From a virus, in the IMG/VR virus record IMGVR_UViG_3300029784_000011, positions 1 through 44,487 of that record: a stretch of DNA of 44,487 nt; one strand, 5' to 3'. The notes beneath the pieces are model-generated. The model saw only the letters and a list, made by a program, of their open reading frames with translations, made no database searches and had not been told where the DNA came from. How positions within the stretch are numbered: the stretch's first letter is position 1; every line of letters begins with the position of its first letter. Positions 21,483-30,771 of this stretch are shown here, piece by piece. The position numbers were made by a program, and so were the translations under genes.

Positions 21483-22475
21483 ATGTTTAAGTACGTTTTT
21501 AACCTGTTCGATTTGAACACCAACGTTACCACTGCGGCTAGCGCACCTAACGACCTGTCCCCTGAAATGAAGACCTTCTATGACAAGGTTCTGATTCGTG
21601 CGGCAGAACCTGAACTGGTACACGATCAGTTCGGTCAGAAGCGACCAATTCCGGGCGGCAACGGAAAGAAGATTGAGTTCAGAAAGTTCTCTAGTCTTCC
21701 GAAGATGGATAAGAAGCCGCTCACCGAGGGTGTAACCCCTGATGGTCAGAGCCTGAACGTAACCAAGTTGGAGGCAGAAATTAAGCAGTACGGCGGATAC
21801 GTAACAACTTCCGACATGCTGAACCTTACCGCATTTGACCAGGTGACTGCGGAAACCCTGAAACTTCTCGGTTCCCAGGCGGGCAGAACTTCCGATACCG
21901 TGACGAGAGACGTTTTATGCGCTGGTACTTCCGTAATTTATGCGGGCGGTGCTGAGTCGAGAACCGCACTGAAGGAAGCAAACACTCTCAAGATTGCGGA
22001 CATTAAAAAGGCGGTTAGACTGCTGAAAAGAAACAATGCGCCGAAGATTGGAGATAGCTATGTGGCAATCATTCACACCGATACCGCATATGACTTGATG
22101 AATGATCCTGAATGGATTGAGGCTCAGAAGTACACAACTTCCGAGAAGATTTTCAACGGAGAAATCGGTCATATGTACGGAGTTCGCTTTGTAGAGTCTA
22201 CCGAAGCGAAGATTTGGAGCAAGGCAGATTCAGAAGCAACCGTACCTGTATACGGAACTCTCGTACTTGGTGCGGATGCATACGGTATCACTTCTATTAA
22301 CGGTGGTGGAATCGAAACAATCACTAAACAGCTTGGCTCGGGCGGAACTGCGGACCCACTGAATCAGAGAGCAACTATGGGTTGGAAGATGAACAAGACA
22401 GCAAAGATTCTTGACGATACTAGAATGGTAAGAATCGAGCACACTTGCACGGGGGCAGATGACGCATCCAACTAA
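21483..22475 (+). CDS. Major capsid protein (HK97 fold, N4-gp56-like family)
   Basis: ...FYDKVLIRAAEPELVHDQFGQKRPIPGGNGKKIEFRKF...LTEGVTPDGQSL...YGGYVTTSD... matches my recollection of the N4-type MCP family. GAAGGAG RBS before ATG 21483. Confidence 0.8.
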   Translation: MFKYVFNLFDLNTNVTTAASAPNDLSPEMKTFYDKVLIRAAEPELVHDQFGQKRPIPGGNGKKIEFRKFSSLPKMDKKPLTEGVTPDGQSLNVTKLEAEIKQYGGYVTTSDMLNLTAFDQVTAETLKLLGSQAGRTSDTVTRDVLCAGTSVIYAGGAESRTALKEANTLKIADIKKAVRLLKRNNAPKIGDSYVAIIHTDTAYDLMNDPEWIEAQKYTTSEKIFNGEIGHMYGVRFVESTEAKIWSKADSEATVPVYGTLVLGADAYGITSINGGGIETITKQLGSGGTADPLNQRATMGWKMNKTAKILDDTRMVRIEHTCTGADDASN

Positions 22476-22501
22476 AGCCAAGCATTAACGAAGGAGTTAA
22501 T

Positions 22502-22798
22502 ATGGCAAGAGCAAAAAAAGAAGCTGCTGTAGCAGAAACGGAAGCTGCTGTAGCAGAAACGGAAGCTGCTGTAGCAGACGAAAAAGCAAAAACCGTAGTA
22601 ATTCAGCTTCCTGTTATTGAGGGCATGGGCGACAGCGTTTATGTCTGCGTTAACATGAAGAGCTATCAGATTAAGCGCGGAGAGCCTGTAGAGGTGCCGT
22701 TAAGCGTGGCAGAAGTTCTTAGGAATTCCGATAGGCAGATTATGGTAGCAATGCAGAGACAGGAAGAAATGGCCTCGAAGAATTACGGCGAAATGTAA
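22502..22798 (+). CDS. Small capsid-associated protein (98 aa) with N-terminal EAAVAET repeats
   Basis: Follows the MCP gene. A 21-bp tandem repeat (22520-22579) encodes (EAAVAET)x2.8. AAGGAG RBS. Confidence 0.6.
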   Translation: MARAKKEAAVAETEAAVAETEAAVADEKAKTVVIQLPVIEGMGDSVYVCVNMKSYQIKRGEPVEVPLSVAEVLRNSDRQIMVAMQRQEEMASKNYGEM

Positions 22799-22806
22799 AC
22801 GCGATG

Positions 22807-22837
22807 GGGGGAGCAGAAACTTCTGTTTCCCCTTTTT
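22807..22837 (+). terminator. Rho-independent terminator/attenuator after the capsid genes
   Basis: Stem 22807-22818 / 22821-22832 (12 bp including 2 G-U pairs), then TTTTT. Confidence 0.6.
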
Positions 22838-22851
22838 GTAAAGGAGCAGAA

Positions 22852-23214
22852 ATGAAAGTAAAAGACCTTCTGAATTTAATTAAGACGGAGAAGCCGAATT
22901 CTTTCAGTGATGAAATGCTCTTGGGATATATCAACGAGATTGAAGCAGAGGTGCAAGACCAAATGGAAATTGTGCCGGTTACAAGCTACGACTTGAAGCT
23001 GGACATGGATAAAGACCTTTTGGTTAAACCGCCATATGACAAGCTCTATATATCATATCTTAAAGCAAGGATAGATTATGTCCTTGAAGAGTACGAGAAT
23101 TACGAGAACGACCAAGCACAGCATATCGCCGATTTCAGGGATTTTGCGGATTGGTCAGTCAGAACTAGGGCATATCACAAAAGAAGCCCTAAGCGCTTTA
23201 TAAACGTGTTTTAA
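22852..23214 (+). CDS. Head-tail adaptor/connector-like protein
   Basis: AAGGAG lies 5 nt before ATG 22852. LLNLIK...FSDEMLLGYINEIEAEV resembles gp6-type head-tail connector N-termini. Position after the capsid genes. Confidence 0.5.
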   Translation: MKVKDLLNLIKTEKPNSFSDEMLLGYINEIEAEVQDQMEIVPVTSYDLKLDMDKDLLVKPPYDKLYISYLKARIDYVLEEYENYENDQAQHIADFRDFADWSVRTRAYHKRSPKRFINVF

Positions 23215-23228
23215 AGGGGGTGTAGGCA

Positions 23229-25232
23229 ATGCCACTACAAGCATTACAGAATAAGCCGTCACCGCTTGAAGAGCGTGTTATAGAGTTTAAGGGACTGAAT
23301 AGAAAAGCTTCCGTAGAGTCGGGGGAAATGGCAGATATGCTGAACATGTCATGCGACTTATACCCAACGCTCACTCAGAGAAAAGCACGCGGCTTGTTTT
23401 CAGAGATTCCGACTGATTGTACAAAGGTTCAAGACCTTATGGAGCGTAGAGACCCTACAGATTCAAGAACAAAGCTAGCGGTCGTTGGTGCGAACTCTGA
23501 TGGAGTATGGCGTTTTTGGTACGACGGAACGATGTACGACATGGCGCTTACATCTAAAGAGAAGATGGTGGCGGTGAACAATTACATTTGTTTCTTCCCA
23601 TCGAAACAGTGGTTCAACGTAGGGACTAAAGATTTCGGTTCAATGGGGTATTTTCATCATAATGTAAGTGAAGATTACCTTGATGGAATCGAGAACCCGG
23701 CAGAAGACTATATGATTCACGACTATAGCGCAGATTGGATAGGACGTGTATTAATTGACCCACAAGACCAGGAACACCTATACCTGATGGTTACGGCGAG
23801 AGGACAAAAATATCCGGCAGGGCAAACCTTTAACGGCAAGTTCTCGGAGCTTAAAAGTATGATTCGAATAGGCGATGTTGTCAGATTGTCGGGAGATTTT
23901 GTCGGACTGAACAACAAAACCGTGAAAGCTGCGGAAGGAAACGAAGGTGTGCTTGCAGACGATGAAGGAAACTTCACAGCACCGCAAATTCCTATTACCG
24001 TGCTCGATGTTTTGAAGATTGGGGATATTCCTATTCCTACGTTCAATTACACGGCATATGACGGTGAAACGGGAGACCCATTCGATAATTCCGTTGCACT
24101 CGGTACAAAAGGAATGTATGAAGGAATCTTCATCAAATTCAGTAAAGACGAGTTTTCCTCGGTTACTGCATACATTAGTCCATGTGCGGCAAGCACTTTA
24201 ATGAACAGCAAGTACACAGGATTCTTTGCGGGTCATTTAAAGGTTGAGCGTGTCGTTCCCGAGCTTGATTTCTTCATGGAGTGGAATAACCGACTTTGGG
24301 GAGTGAGCAACAAGGATAATACGATTTATGCCAGCAAACTGGGAGACCCTATGTCATGGGATTATTATCAGAACACAAGCATGGATTCCTACTATGCACA
24401 GCAAGGAACCAACGGTAATTGGACTGGTTGTGCGGTGTACTCGTCTCACCTTCTGTTCTTTAAAGAGAACTTCATTCACAGAGTTTACGGCTCAGCACCT
24501 TCATCGTTCCAAACATCGATTATCGAGGGTTTCGGAGTGGAAGAAGGTTCAAGTGAATCTATAGCGACGGTGAACAACATGATTTTCTACAAGTCGCCAG
24601 TGGGGATTATGTGCTATGAGGGCGGAAACCCATACAGCATTAGTGAAAAGTTCGGCGACTGGAAGTACGACAATGTTGTGTCGGGATCGCGCCATAAGAA
24701 ATACTATGCTTCAATCCACATGAAGGGCGGCGGCTACAAGGTTCTCGTTTGCGATACTGGTACGGGACTTTGGCATATCGAGGACACGGTGGGTGTGCAC
24801 TGCTTCCGAAACTACAAGAACAAGCTACTGATGGTGGATAACGCACAGAAAAATGTTCTCGTATTGGATGCAGAAGATTTTGACATAGCGCCAGTGAAGA
24901 ACGATGAACCTATTCCGTGGAGTGCCACTTTCGGACCATTCGATGAATACATCGAGAATCAGAAGATATATTCCAAGCTACAGATGAGAGTTCAGCTACC
25001 CGAAACAGCAACACTCAAGATAGAGATTGCTATGAATTCGCTAAAGCTCAGTGACTGTAAATGGGAGACCATAAAGGAGATTTCCGCAGAGAATGAACTT
25101 TCGGTGCATGTGCCGATTGTTCCGAGAAGATGTTCGAGGTTCTATGTACGACTAACTGGTGTCGGTCGTTGTCGAATTGATTCTTTCACACGGAAATACA
25201 GACAGGGTTCTTCAAGAGTGGTTAAGCAGTGA
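23229..25232 (+). CDS. Large virion structural protein (667 aa), putative tail hub/nozzle with beta-propeller-like repeats
   Basis: Position between the adaptor and fibre genes. Recurrent W/G/Y-containing blade-like segments. Function inferred from synteny only. Confidence 0.4.
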   Translation: MPLQALQNKPSPLEERVIEFKGLNRKASVESGEMADMLNMSCDLYPTLTQRKARGLFSEIPTDCTKVQDLMERRDPTDSRTKLAVVGANSDGVWRFWYDGTMYDMALTSKEKMVAVNNYICFFPSKQWFNVGTKDFGSMGYFHHNVSEDYLDGIENPAEDYMIHDYSADWIGRVLIDPQDQEHLYLMVTARGQKYPAGQTFNGKFSELKSMIRIGDVVRLSGDFVGLNNKTVKAAEGNEGVLADDEGNFTAPQIPITVLDVLKIGDIPIPTFNYTAYDGETGDPFDNSVALGTKGMYEGIFIKFSKDEFSSVTAYISPCAASTLMNSKYTGFFAGHLKVERVVPELDFFMEWNNRLWGVSNKDNTIYASKLGDPMSWDYYQNTSMDSYYAQQGTNGNWTGCAVYSSHLLFFKENFIHRVYGSAPSSFQTSIIEGFGVEEGSSESIATVNNMIFYKSPVGIMCYEGGNPYSISEKFGDWKYDNVVSGSRHKKYYASIHMKGGGYKVLVCDTGTGLWHIEDTVGVHCFRNYKNKLLMVDNAQKNVLVLDAEDFDIAPVKNDEPIPWSATFGPFDEYIENQKIYSKLQMRVQLPETATLKIEIAMNSLKLSDCKWETIKEISAENELSVHVPIVPRRCSRFYVRLTGVGRCRIDSFTRKYRQGSSRVVKQ

Positions 25233-25465
25233 TAATTGATTATGACCACAATCCGAACATAGACGGAGAGAAGAGACTTCAATCGCTAAAGGAGTCTGTT
25301 CAAAGAGCGTTAGATGAAGTATCTAACACGGACACCAAGGAAACGACAGTTAAAGAAATTAAGAATTTCTACACGAACAATACAACTATAGTTCAAGGAG
25401 ACGGTTCTTCTCCAATACCCGAAGATGAAATAACGTCTCTATTGAACAATCTATTTAACGATTAA
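25229..25465 (+). CDS. Hypothetical structural-module protein (78 aa, GTG start)
   Basis: GTGA overlap with the upstream stop codon. Confidence 0.5.
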   Translation: MIIDYDHNPNIDGEKRLQSLKESVQRALDEVSNTDTKETTVKEIKNFYTNNTTIVQGDGSSPIPEDEITSLLNNLFND

Positions 25466-25476
25466 TGGGGGTAATT

Positions 25477-26343
25477 ATGGCAACATACTTAGACAATGCC
25501 GGTGTAACACAAATTCTCACAAAGATTAAGTCTCTCTTGGCAAAGAAGGCAGAAATTACGGCGATTCCAACGAAGACATCACAGCTCACAAATGATTCGT
25601 ATTACCAGACGGAATATGATGTTAATAGCAAGATTACCAACAAGCTGAATACGCTTGATTTCGACTCGACGAAACTAGGAACAAATATGGCAGATTACCG
25701 TTATGACGACTTAAGATTCATTTCAGAATTGAGTCAATCGGATGGACTGGTAAATACAGACGCGCCAGTGTCGTTCCGCAGCGCGTTTGACTCCGGAATA
25801 TCGCGGGCAATAGTTGATGATCTAATTGTAACTCCATATGATCTAAACGAAGCGATTAAAAACGCAGTAGGAAAAATCACATCGTTCGAGTACAAGATTG
25901 TTGATTCCCTTCCGGCAACCAGCGAGGGAAAGAAGGGTGTTATTTACCTTGTAGCACACAGCGGTAGCACAACCAACAACGTGTATGATGAATACATCTT
26001 CCTTCCGGCAGAAGGTAGCACAGCGGCACGGTATGAGAAAATCGGCACAACCGATATTGACCTTACACCATACGCAAAGAAAACGGAGATTCCGACAAAG
26101 GTTTCACAGCTCACTAATGACTCGGATTTCGAAACCAAAGCAAATGTCGGAAGTAGAATAACCGGAGCCATTAACAGCCTTGATTACAGCGATACCGCCG
26201 AAGAGGGAAAGTATGTTTCCGCCGTATCGCAGACGGACGGTGTAATCAAAGTGACGAGAGCGAGCTTGCCAGCCGTAGGAACAGCAGATTCACCAATTTC
26301 GAACACAACGATTGAGAGTATCTTTACACAGGTATTCGGTTAG
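25477..26343 (+). CDS. Tail fibre protein with an internal duplication
   Basis: IPTKTSQLTNDS... and IPTKVSQLTNDSDF... (the SQLTND motif is common in fibre proteins). An alternative start is at 25465. Confidence 0.65.
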   Translation: MATYLDNAGVTQILTKIKSLLAKKAEITAIPTKTSQLTNDSYYQTEYDVNSKITNKLNTLDFDSTKLGTNMADYRYDDLRFISELSQSDGLVNTDAPVSFRSAFDSGISRAIVDDLIVTPYDLNEAIKNAVGKITSFEYKIVDSLPATSEGKKGVIYLVAHSGSTTNNVYDEYIFLPAEGSTAARYEKIGTTDIDLTPYAKKTEIPTKVSQLTNDSDFETKANVGSRITGAINSLDYSDTAEEGKYVSAVSQTDGVIKVTRASLPAVGTADSPISNTTIESIFTQVFG

Positions 26344-26353
26344 GAGATAGCCT

Positions 26354-26827
26354 ATGAAACTAGACGACGTTGGTTTAAAAAAGGTATTTGAGCTTATGAA
26401 GGGTAGGATTTGGAAAGAGTGCTATCCCGTAGGCTCAATCTATATGAGCGTGAATTCCACAGACCCATCAACTTTGTTTGGTGGGTCGTGGGAGCGGATT
26501 CAAGACACGTTCCTTCTTGCTTCCGGTAACTCATACGGCGCCGGTAGCACAGGTGGTTCTGCTGACGCAGTAGTGGTGAAGCACCTTCATCAACCGTCTA
26601 CTGGTGACGGATTTAACGCTTATATGAGCGGCACGGTTGAAAGAGTACGCTTAGGAACGTCAACAGCAAGCAGTGCGCGGTATGCGATTGTTGGAAAGAA
26701 GAATGCTTCAAGTGCGGATGCCTCGGGACTCAGATATGCTGGCAGTACGGACTGGACAGGAAGTGATGGAGCGGGAAAGAACATGCCACCGTACTTAGCC
26801 GTGTATGTGTGGAAGAGAACGGCGTAG
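26354..26827 (+). CDS. Stand-alone fibre-tip / receptor-binding-like domain protein (157 aa)
   Basis: YPVGSIYMS...PSTLFGGSWERI...GSTGGS...PPYLAVYVWKRTA is paralogous to the C-terminal ~150 aa of the 27235-28590 fibre. Confidence 0.55.
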   Translation: MKLDDVGLKKVFELMKGRIWKECYPVGSIYMSVNSTDPSTLFGGSWERIQDTFLLASGNSYGAGSTGGSADAVVVKHLHQPSTGDGFNAYMSGTVERVRLGTSTASSARYAIVGKKNASSADASGLRYAGSTDWTGSDGAGKNMPPYLAVYVWKRTA

Positions 26828-26836
26828 GAGGTGAAT

Positions 26837-27247
26837 ATGTCAATAGTAAGAGGCGATACTTTCACGGTATCAATGGATGTTTACGGAGACAGGTTCAGGA
26901 ACGCCTTGAGCGAAGAAAAAGTCGTTCTTGTGACCTTTCAGCAGAATGAAGTAAGCATTACAAAGTACAATAAAGAGCTTGAAATCAAAGACATTACCGA
27001 AACATTTGAGTATCAACCAGACCCCGACCATTATATGTCAGGAATCAGAACAATCGGTGCAAATGTAAAATGCCACCTAACGGCAGAAGAAACAATGAGA
27101 TTCCAAGTAGGCGGTGTTCAGGTTCAGCTTAAATGGGGCGATGAGAACGGCAACAAATGCAGTGCAAAGGTTGTTCAGATACCAGTCGGGGGAAGTCTTA
27201 GGGAAGCTCCACCAAGAACGAAGGAGGACGAAATATGTCTGATGTAA
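26837..27247 (+). CDS. Hypothetical structural protein (136 aa)
   Basis: AGGAGG lies 5 nt before ATG 26837. Beta-rich composition. Located between fibre genes. Confidence 0.55.
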   Translation: MSIVRGDTFTVSMDVYGDRFRNALSEEKVVLVTFQQNEVSITKYNKELEIKDITETFEYQPDPDHYMSGIRTIGANVKCHLTAEETMRFQVGGVQVQLKWGDENGNKCSAKVVQIPVGGSLREAPPRTKEDEICLM

Positions 27248-28590
27248 GAATGGAGGTACGAGACAGCGAGGAAACATATGTTGTTTCAAGTGACGTTGGC
27301 TACAAGTACCTTAACGGACGAGTTACCGCCCTCGAAGGGTCTTTAGAAAAAGACCTTGCGGATAAATGGGCGAAGGCTCTACAGGAAATCAATAATTATT
27401 TGAACAATCTACAGGTGAACATTGTTGGGAACAAGATTGTTGATGAACTCCCCGAAGTTGGCGATCCAGGAATTCTGTACCTTGTCATGAATGAAGCTGG
27501 GACAGCGTACACTTCATACATTTATGCGAATGACAAGTGGGTGAAACTTGCTGTTATCGACTTCTCGAAGTACGTTCCGATTACACGGAAGGTGAACGAA
27601 AAGGCACTCGATACGGATATAGTTCTCACGGCAACAGACATTGGTGGGGATAGAACCAAAGCAACGGGTGAAAATTCTCATGCGGAAGGGACTCAGTGCG
27701 AAGCTCTCGGAGATAGTTCTCACGCAGAAGGAATTCAAACGAAAGCAAGCGGATTGTGGTCTCACGTAGAAGGTTCCCAAACGAGAGCCAACGGTCCAGG
27801 TTCTCATGCAGAAGGAACAGGCTCTTGGGCGACAGGACCATCGTCCCATGCAGAAGGTTATGGCACGGAAGCCGCCGGGGAATATCAGCACGTACAGGGC
27901 AAGCACAATGTTATTGATGAGGCTAACAAGTTTGCGGACATTGTGGGTAACGGAGCAGACATTCTGAACAAATCTAACGCCTATGCTCTTGATTGGGACG
28001 GTAACTTGTACCTTAAAGGCGGCGTGTACGTAAACTGTAATGCAGACTCTACAGGTGGAACAAAGCTGAGTCTTGATGTTGACTCCATCATGGGTGCCAT
28101 TAAAGACCAGCTGTACGAGAAGGTTTACCCGGTCGGCTCTGTATACATGACAAGTGATGATAACTTCAATCCGGAAGAGGTTTTCGGCGGAACGTGGCAC
28201 CATGTAACCGATGATGTTTACCTGAAAGCGGTTATGAGTGGGGGAGGTTCTACAGGCGGTTCTACAGACCACGTTATTACATCATCGAATCTTCCACCGC
28301 ACGTGCACGGAATGAGGCACACTCACAATGTATCGAGCAAAGGATATTACGCAATTGCGACTCAGAAGGTGTGGCAGTTTGAGACATTCGGAGGCAAGTT
28401 TACCGACCATTCGGCAAAATACAAGGTTCCGATGGTTCGCACGGCTACAAGTAGCAGCCCTTCGGGAGAGCAGAGAGATTGTAAAACGACAGGTAGCGCT
28501 AGTATTACCGATACAGGAACAGGTAGCTTTGCAAATGCAGCATACCATCCTGGCTATTACGGCGTGCATATCTGGGAACGGAGGGCGTGA
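27235..28590 (+). CDS. Tail fibre with SHAEG beta-helix repeats and a C-terminal tip domain
   Basis: GENSHAEGTQCEALGDSSHAEGIQTKASGLWSHVEGSQTRANGPGSHAEG... repeats. C-terminal YPVGSVYMT...FGGTWHHV...GSTGGS...HIWERRA. Confidence 0.7.
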   Translation: MSDVRMEVRDSEETYVVSSDVGYKYLNGRVTALEGSLEKDLADKWAKALQEINNYLNNLQVNIVGNKIVDELPEVGDPGILYLVMNEAGTAYTSYIYANDKWVKLAVIDFSKYVPITRKVNEKALDTDIVLTATDIGGDRTKATGENSHAEGTQCEALGDSSHAEGIQTKASGLWSHVEGSQTRANGPGSHAEGTGSWATGPSSHAEGYGTEAAGEYQHVQGKHNVIDEANKFADIVGNGADILNKSNAYALDWDGNLYLKGGVYVNCNADSTGGTKLSLDVDSIMGAIKDQLYEKVYPVGSVYMTSDDNFNPEEVFGGTWHHVTDDVYLKAVMSGGGSTGGSTDHVITSSNLPPHVHGMRHTHNVSSKGYYAIATQKVWQFETFGGKFTDHSAKYKVPMVRTATSSSPSGEQRDCKTTGSASITDTGTGSFANAAYHPGYYGVHIWERRA

Positions 28591-28907
28591 TGAATCACCC
28601 TATCATTTTTACGGTAAGCGATATTTTGTGGTTGGCGGGAGCAATAGTAGCTATTTCAGCCGCAGTAAAAGTAATAGCGGAGTGTATCAATAGAATGCAG
28701 AAGCCAAATAAGACACAAGATGAACGAATTGGAAAGCTTGAGAAAAAAGCAGTAGCGGATTATGAAAGACTGGATCAGTTAGAAGAGGGGAACGCAATTA
28801 CGCAGCGTGCCTTGTTGGCGCTTCTCGCTCATGGAATAGATGGAAACGACATTGAAGCGATGAAACAGGCCAAAGCGGAGCTAACCGACTATCTGATAGG
28901 GCGCTGA
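28590..28907 (+). CDS. Lysis-cassette membrane protein (N-terminal TM plus coiled coil), holin-associated
   Basis: One TM segment (ILWLAGAIVAISAAVKVIA). Precedes the holin and endolysin. Function is inferred. Confidence 0.45.
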   Translation: MNHPIIFTVSDILWLAGAIVAISAAVKVIAECINRMQKPNKTQDERIGKLEKKAVADYERLDQLEEGNAITQRALLALLAHGIDGNDIEAMKQAKAELTDYLIGR

Positions 28908-29016
28908 TATAGCCTTATACGGCTCATATTTTCGTTCTGACGGCTTTTAATTCACCCAAGGTATAAATATCACTCATATAAACAAAAGCTCTCACAGAGC
29001 GGATTTGGAGGAAGAA

Positions 29017-29364
29017 ATGGACATGACAACTATTACTCAGTATTTCGTACCACAGATTGTGGCTTTCTGTTTGTGCGTAGGTTTTGTAATGAAGCGTTGG
29101 CTTCCGATGGATAACAAGTGGATTCCAACCGCACTGTTCATCATCGGTATCATTTGTGGAATTGCTACCACAGGAATGACTTTTGACGGTGTTGTATTCG
29201 GTGCTGTTTCGGGTCTTGCTTCCGTTGGTCTGAATCAGTCTTTCCAGCAAGCACTGGGACTCAATGTGAGACCGAACATTGAAATGACCGACGACGAAGT
29301 ACAGGATTTTGAACTGGCAGAAGAAGAGGACGAAGCAGACGAAGAAGGTGAAGAGAATGAGTAA
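29017..29364 (+). CDS. Holin
   Basis: Two to three TM segments (IVAFCLCVGFVM, IPTALFIIGIICGIA, VVFGAVSGLASV) and an acidic C-terminal tail. Overlaps the endolysin start. Confidence 0.7.
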   Translation: MDMTTITQYFVPQIVAFCLCVGFVMKRWLPMDNKWIPTALFIIGIICGIATTGMTFDGVVFGAVSGLASVGLNQSFQQALGLNVRPNIEMTDDEVQDFELAEEEDEADEEGEENE

Positions 29365-30073
29365 GACGATTGCGGTTCAGTGCGGACACGGTGTAAGCAT
29401 TGATGGCTCTTGGGATTCCGGTTGCGTATATAAGGGACATAGCGAAGCGGCGCTCATGCTGAAAATCACAAAGGCCGCTGTTAAGTATCTACGGAAATCG
29501 GGCGTATCCGTGATTTCGGATGCCGACCATGGAAACAACAAGAACATGATTGCGGATGTACGGTGGGCGAACAACGTAGGGTGCAAACTCTATGTGTCCA
29601 TCCACTGCGACTACAGCGGCGCCCCGAAGGGTGTTATGCCGCTTTATGTGTCCGGCAGTGGAAAGAAGCTGGGAAAGTGCCTTGAAAAATCTATCAAGAA
29701 GGACTTGAAGATGAGAAGCAGAGGTGTTCAGAAGAGAACCGACCTTTTCGAACTGAACGGAACGGATATGACAGCTTGCATTCTTGAAACAGGAAGTATT
29801 AAAGGCGACTTGGCTACACTAAAGAACCATCCGGATAAATACGGTAAAGCAATCGCTAAAGGTATTTGTACATATCTTGGAGTTACGTTTAAGGAAGGTT
29901 CAAAGCCAAAGCCAAAGCCGAAAGAGACATACCGTGTTCGTAAAACGTGGAAAGACGCAAAGTCTCAGAAGGGAGCTTTTTCGTCACTGGAGAACGCTAA
30001 GAAGTGTGCCGATAAATACGGCTATTCCGTTTTTAACAGCAAGGGAAAGGCGGTGTATCGTGGCAAAAAGTAG
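29357..30073 (+). CDS. N-acetylmuramoyl-L-alanine amidase endolysin (Amidase_3-like) with a SPOR-like C-terminal domain
   Basis: IAVQCGHG...E...YVSIHCD pattern of Amidase_3. The C-terminal YRVRKTW...SQKGAFSSLENAKKCADKYG is SPOR-like. Confidence 0.75.
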   Translation: MSKTIAVQCGHGVSIDGSWDSGCVYKGHSEAALMLKITKAAVKYLRKSGVSVISDADHGNNKNMIADVRWANNVGCKLYVSIHCDYSGAPKGVMPLYVSGSGKKLGKCLEKSIKKDLKMRSRGVQKRTDLFELNGTDMTACILETGSIKGDLATLKNHPDKYGKAIAKGICTYLGVTFKEGSKPKPKPKETYRVRKTWKDAKSQKGAFSSLENAKKCADKYGYSVFNSKGKAVYRGKK

Positions 30074-30764
30074 GAAGATTAACAGAACTTATGTTGTTAT
30101 CAAGGCTGACCCCCTGCGGGTCAAGCCTTCTTATAAGTCAAAGCTGAAAAAGACTCTTTCGGTTGGGACAAAGGTTCATGCAACGAAGATTAAAGGTTAC
30201 TACATCTATGTTCCGGCACTTAAAGGTTGGACGATTTGGAAGGACAGCAAAGGACATAAATATGTCCGCCTCGTATCCGTTCCGAAAAGCACAAAGGCAG
30301 ATAAGCTGCTGAAAGAACTTAAGGTGATCGCACAGAAATTAATCAAGGCGGGTGTGAAGTATAACGCTAATCATCCGTGTAAGAGCTTGTCCAGTGCGTT
30401 AAAGGGCAAGAGAACGAATTGTGCGACGTTTATCTCTTTCGGATTACAGGAAATTGGTGTGCTTCCGAAGGGAAAGTACATTTGGCTTGATACGAAGATT
30501 CACGGAACAGGGAAAAACATTATCAAGAAAAAGGCGAAGATTGCATATCCTCGGAAGAAATGGAAACAGGCAAAATTAAAACCTGGTGACATTTGCGGAT
30601 TTGCACATAAGCCTCATACGATGGTGTATGTCGGAAAGGATAAGAACGGACATGCCTTGTGGTATTCGGCTGGCGGTTCAGATGTTAAACCGAAAAACCT
30701 TGGTCCAAAGAGGAAGCAGAAGTACGAAAACAGAACGGTATATGTGCGAATTCGCTTGAAATAG
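30060..30764 (+). CDS. SH3b plus NlpC/P60-like cell-wall peptidase (GTG start)
   Basis: N-terminal SH3b-like (LRVKPSYKS...GYYIYV..GWTIW). C-terminal Cys...His papain-like (NCATFISFGLQEIG ... PGDICGF..KPHTMVYVG). The track ORF start at 29877 overlaps the amidase gene and was trimmed. Confidence 0.6.
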   Translation: MAKSRKINRTYVVIKADPLRVKPSYKSKLKKTLSVGTKVHATKIKGYYIYVPALKGWTIWKDSKGHKYVRLVSVPKSTKADKLLKELKVIAQKLIKAGVKYNANHPCKSLSSALKGKRTNCATFISFGLQEIGVLPKGKYIWLDTKIHGTGKNIIKKKAKIAYPRKKWKQAKLKPGDICGFAHKPHTMVYVGKDKNGHALWYSAGGSDVKPKNLGPKRKQKYENRTVYVRIRLK

Positions 30765-30771
30765 CGGTGTG

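Noticed and set aside
27514-28272. 252-aa minus-strand ORF inside the fibre gene, and a 202-aa minus-strand ORF at 38302-38910 inside the giant gene
   Set aside because: They are antisense to ORFs with strong protein-level signatures. They have no RBS and implausible composition.
29877-30059. Upstream part of track ORF 29877-30764 (overlapping the amidase gene in another frame)
   Set aside because: The overlap region has no start codon with an RBS, and its translation is Arg/Lys-rich nonsense. The first plausible start is GTG 30060, after AAGGGAAAGG.
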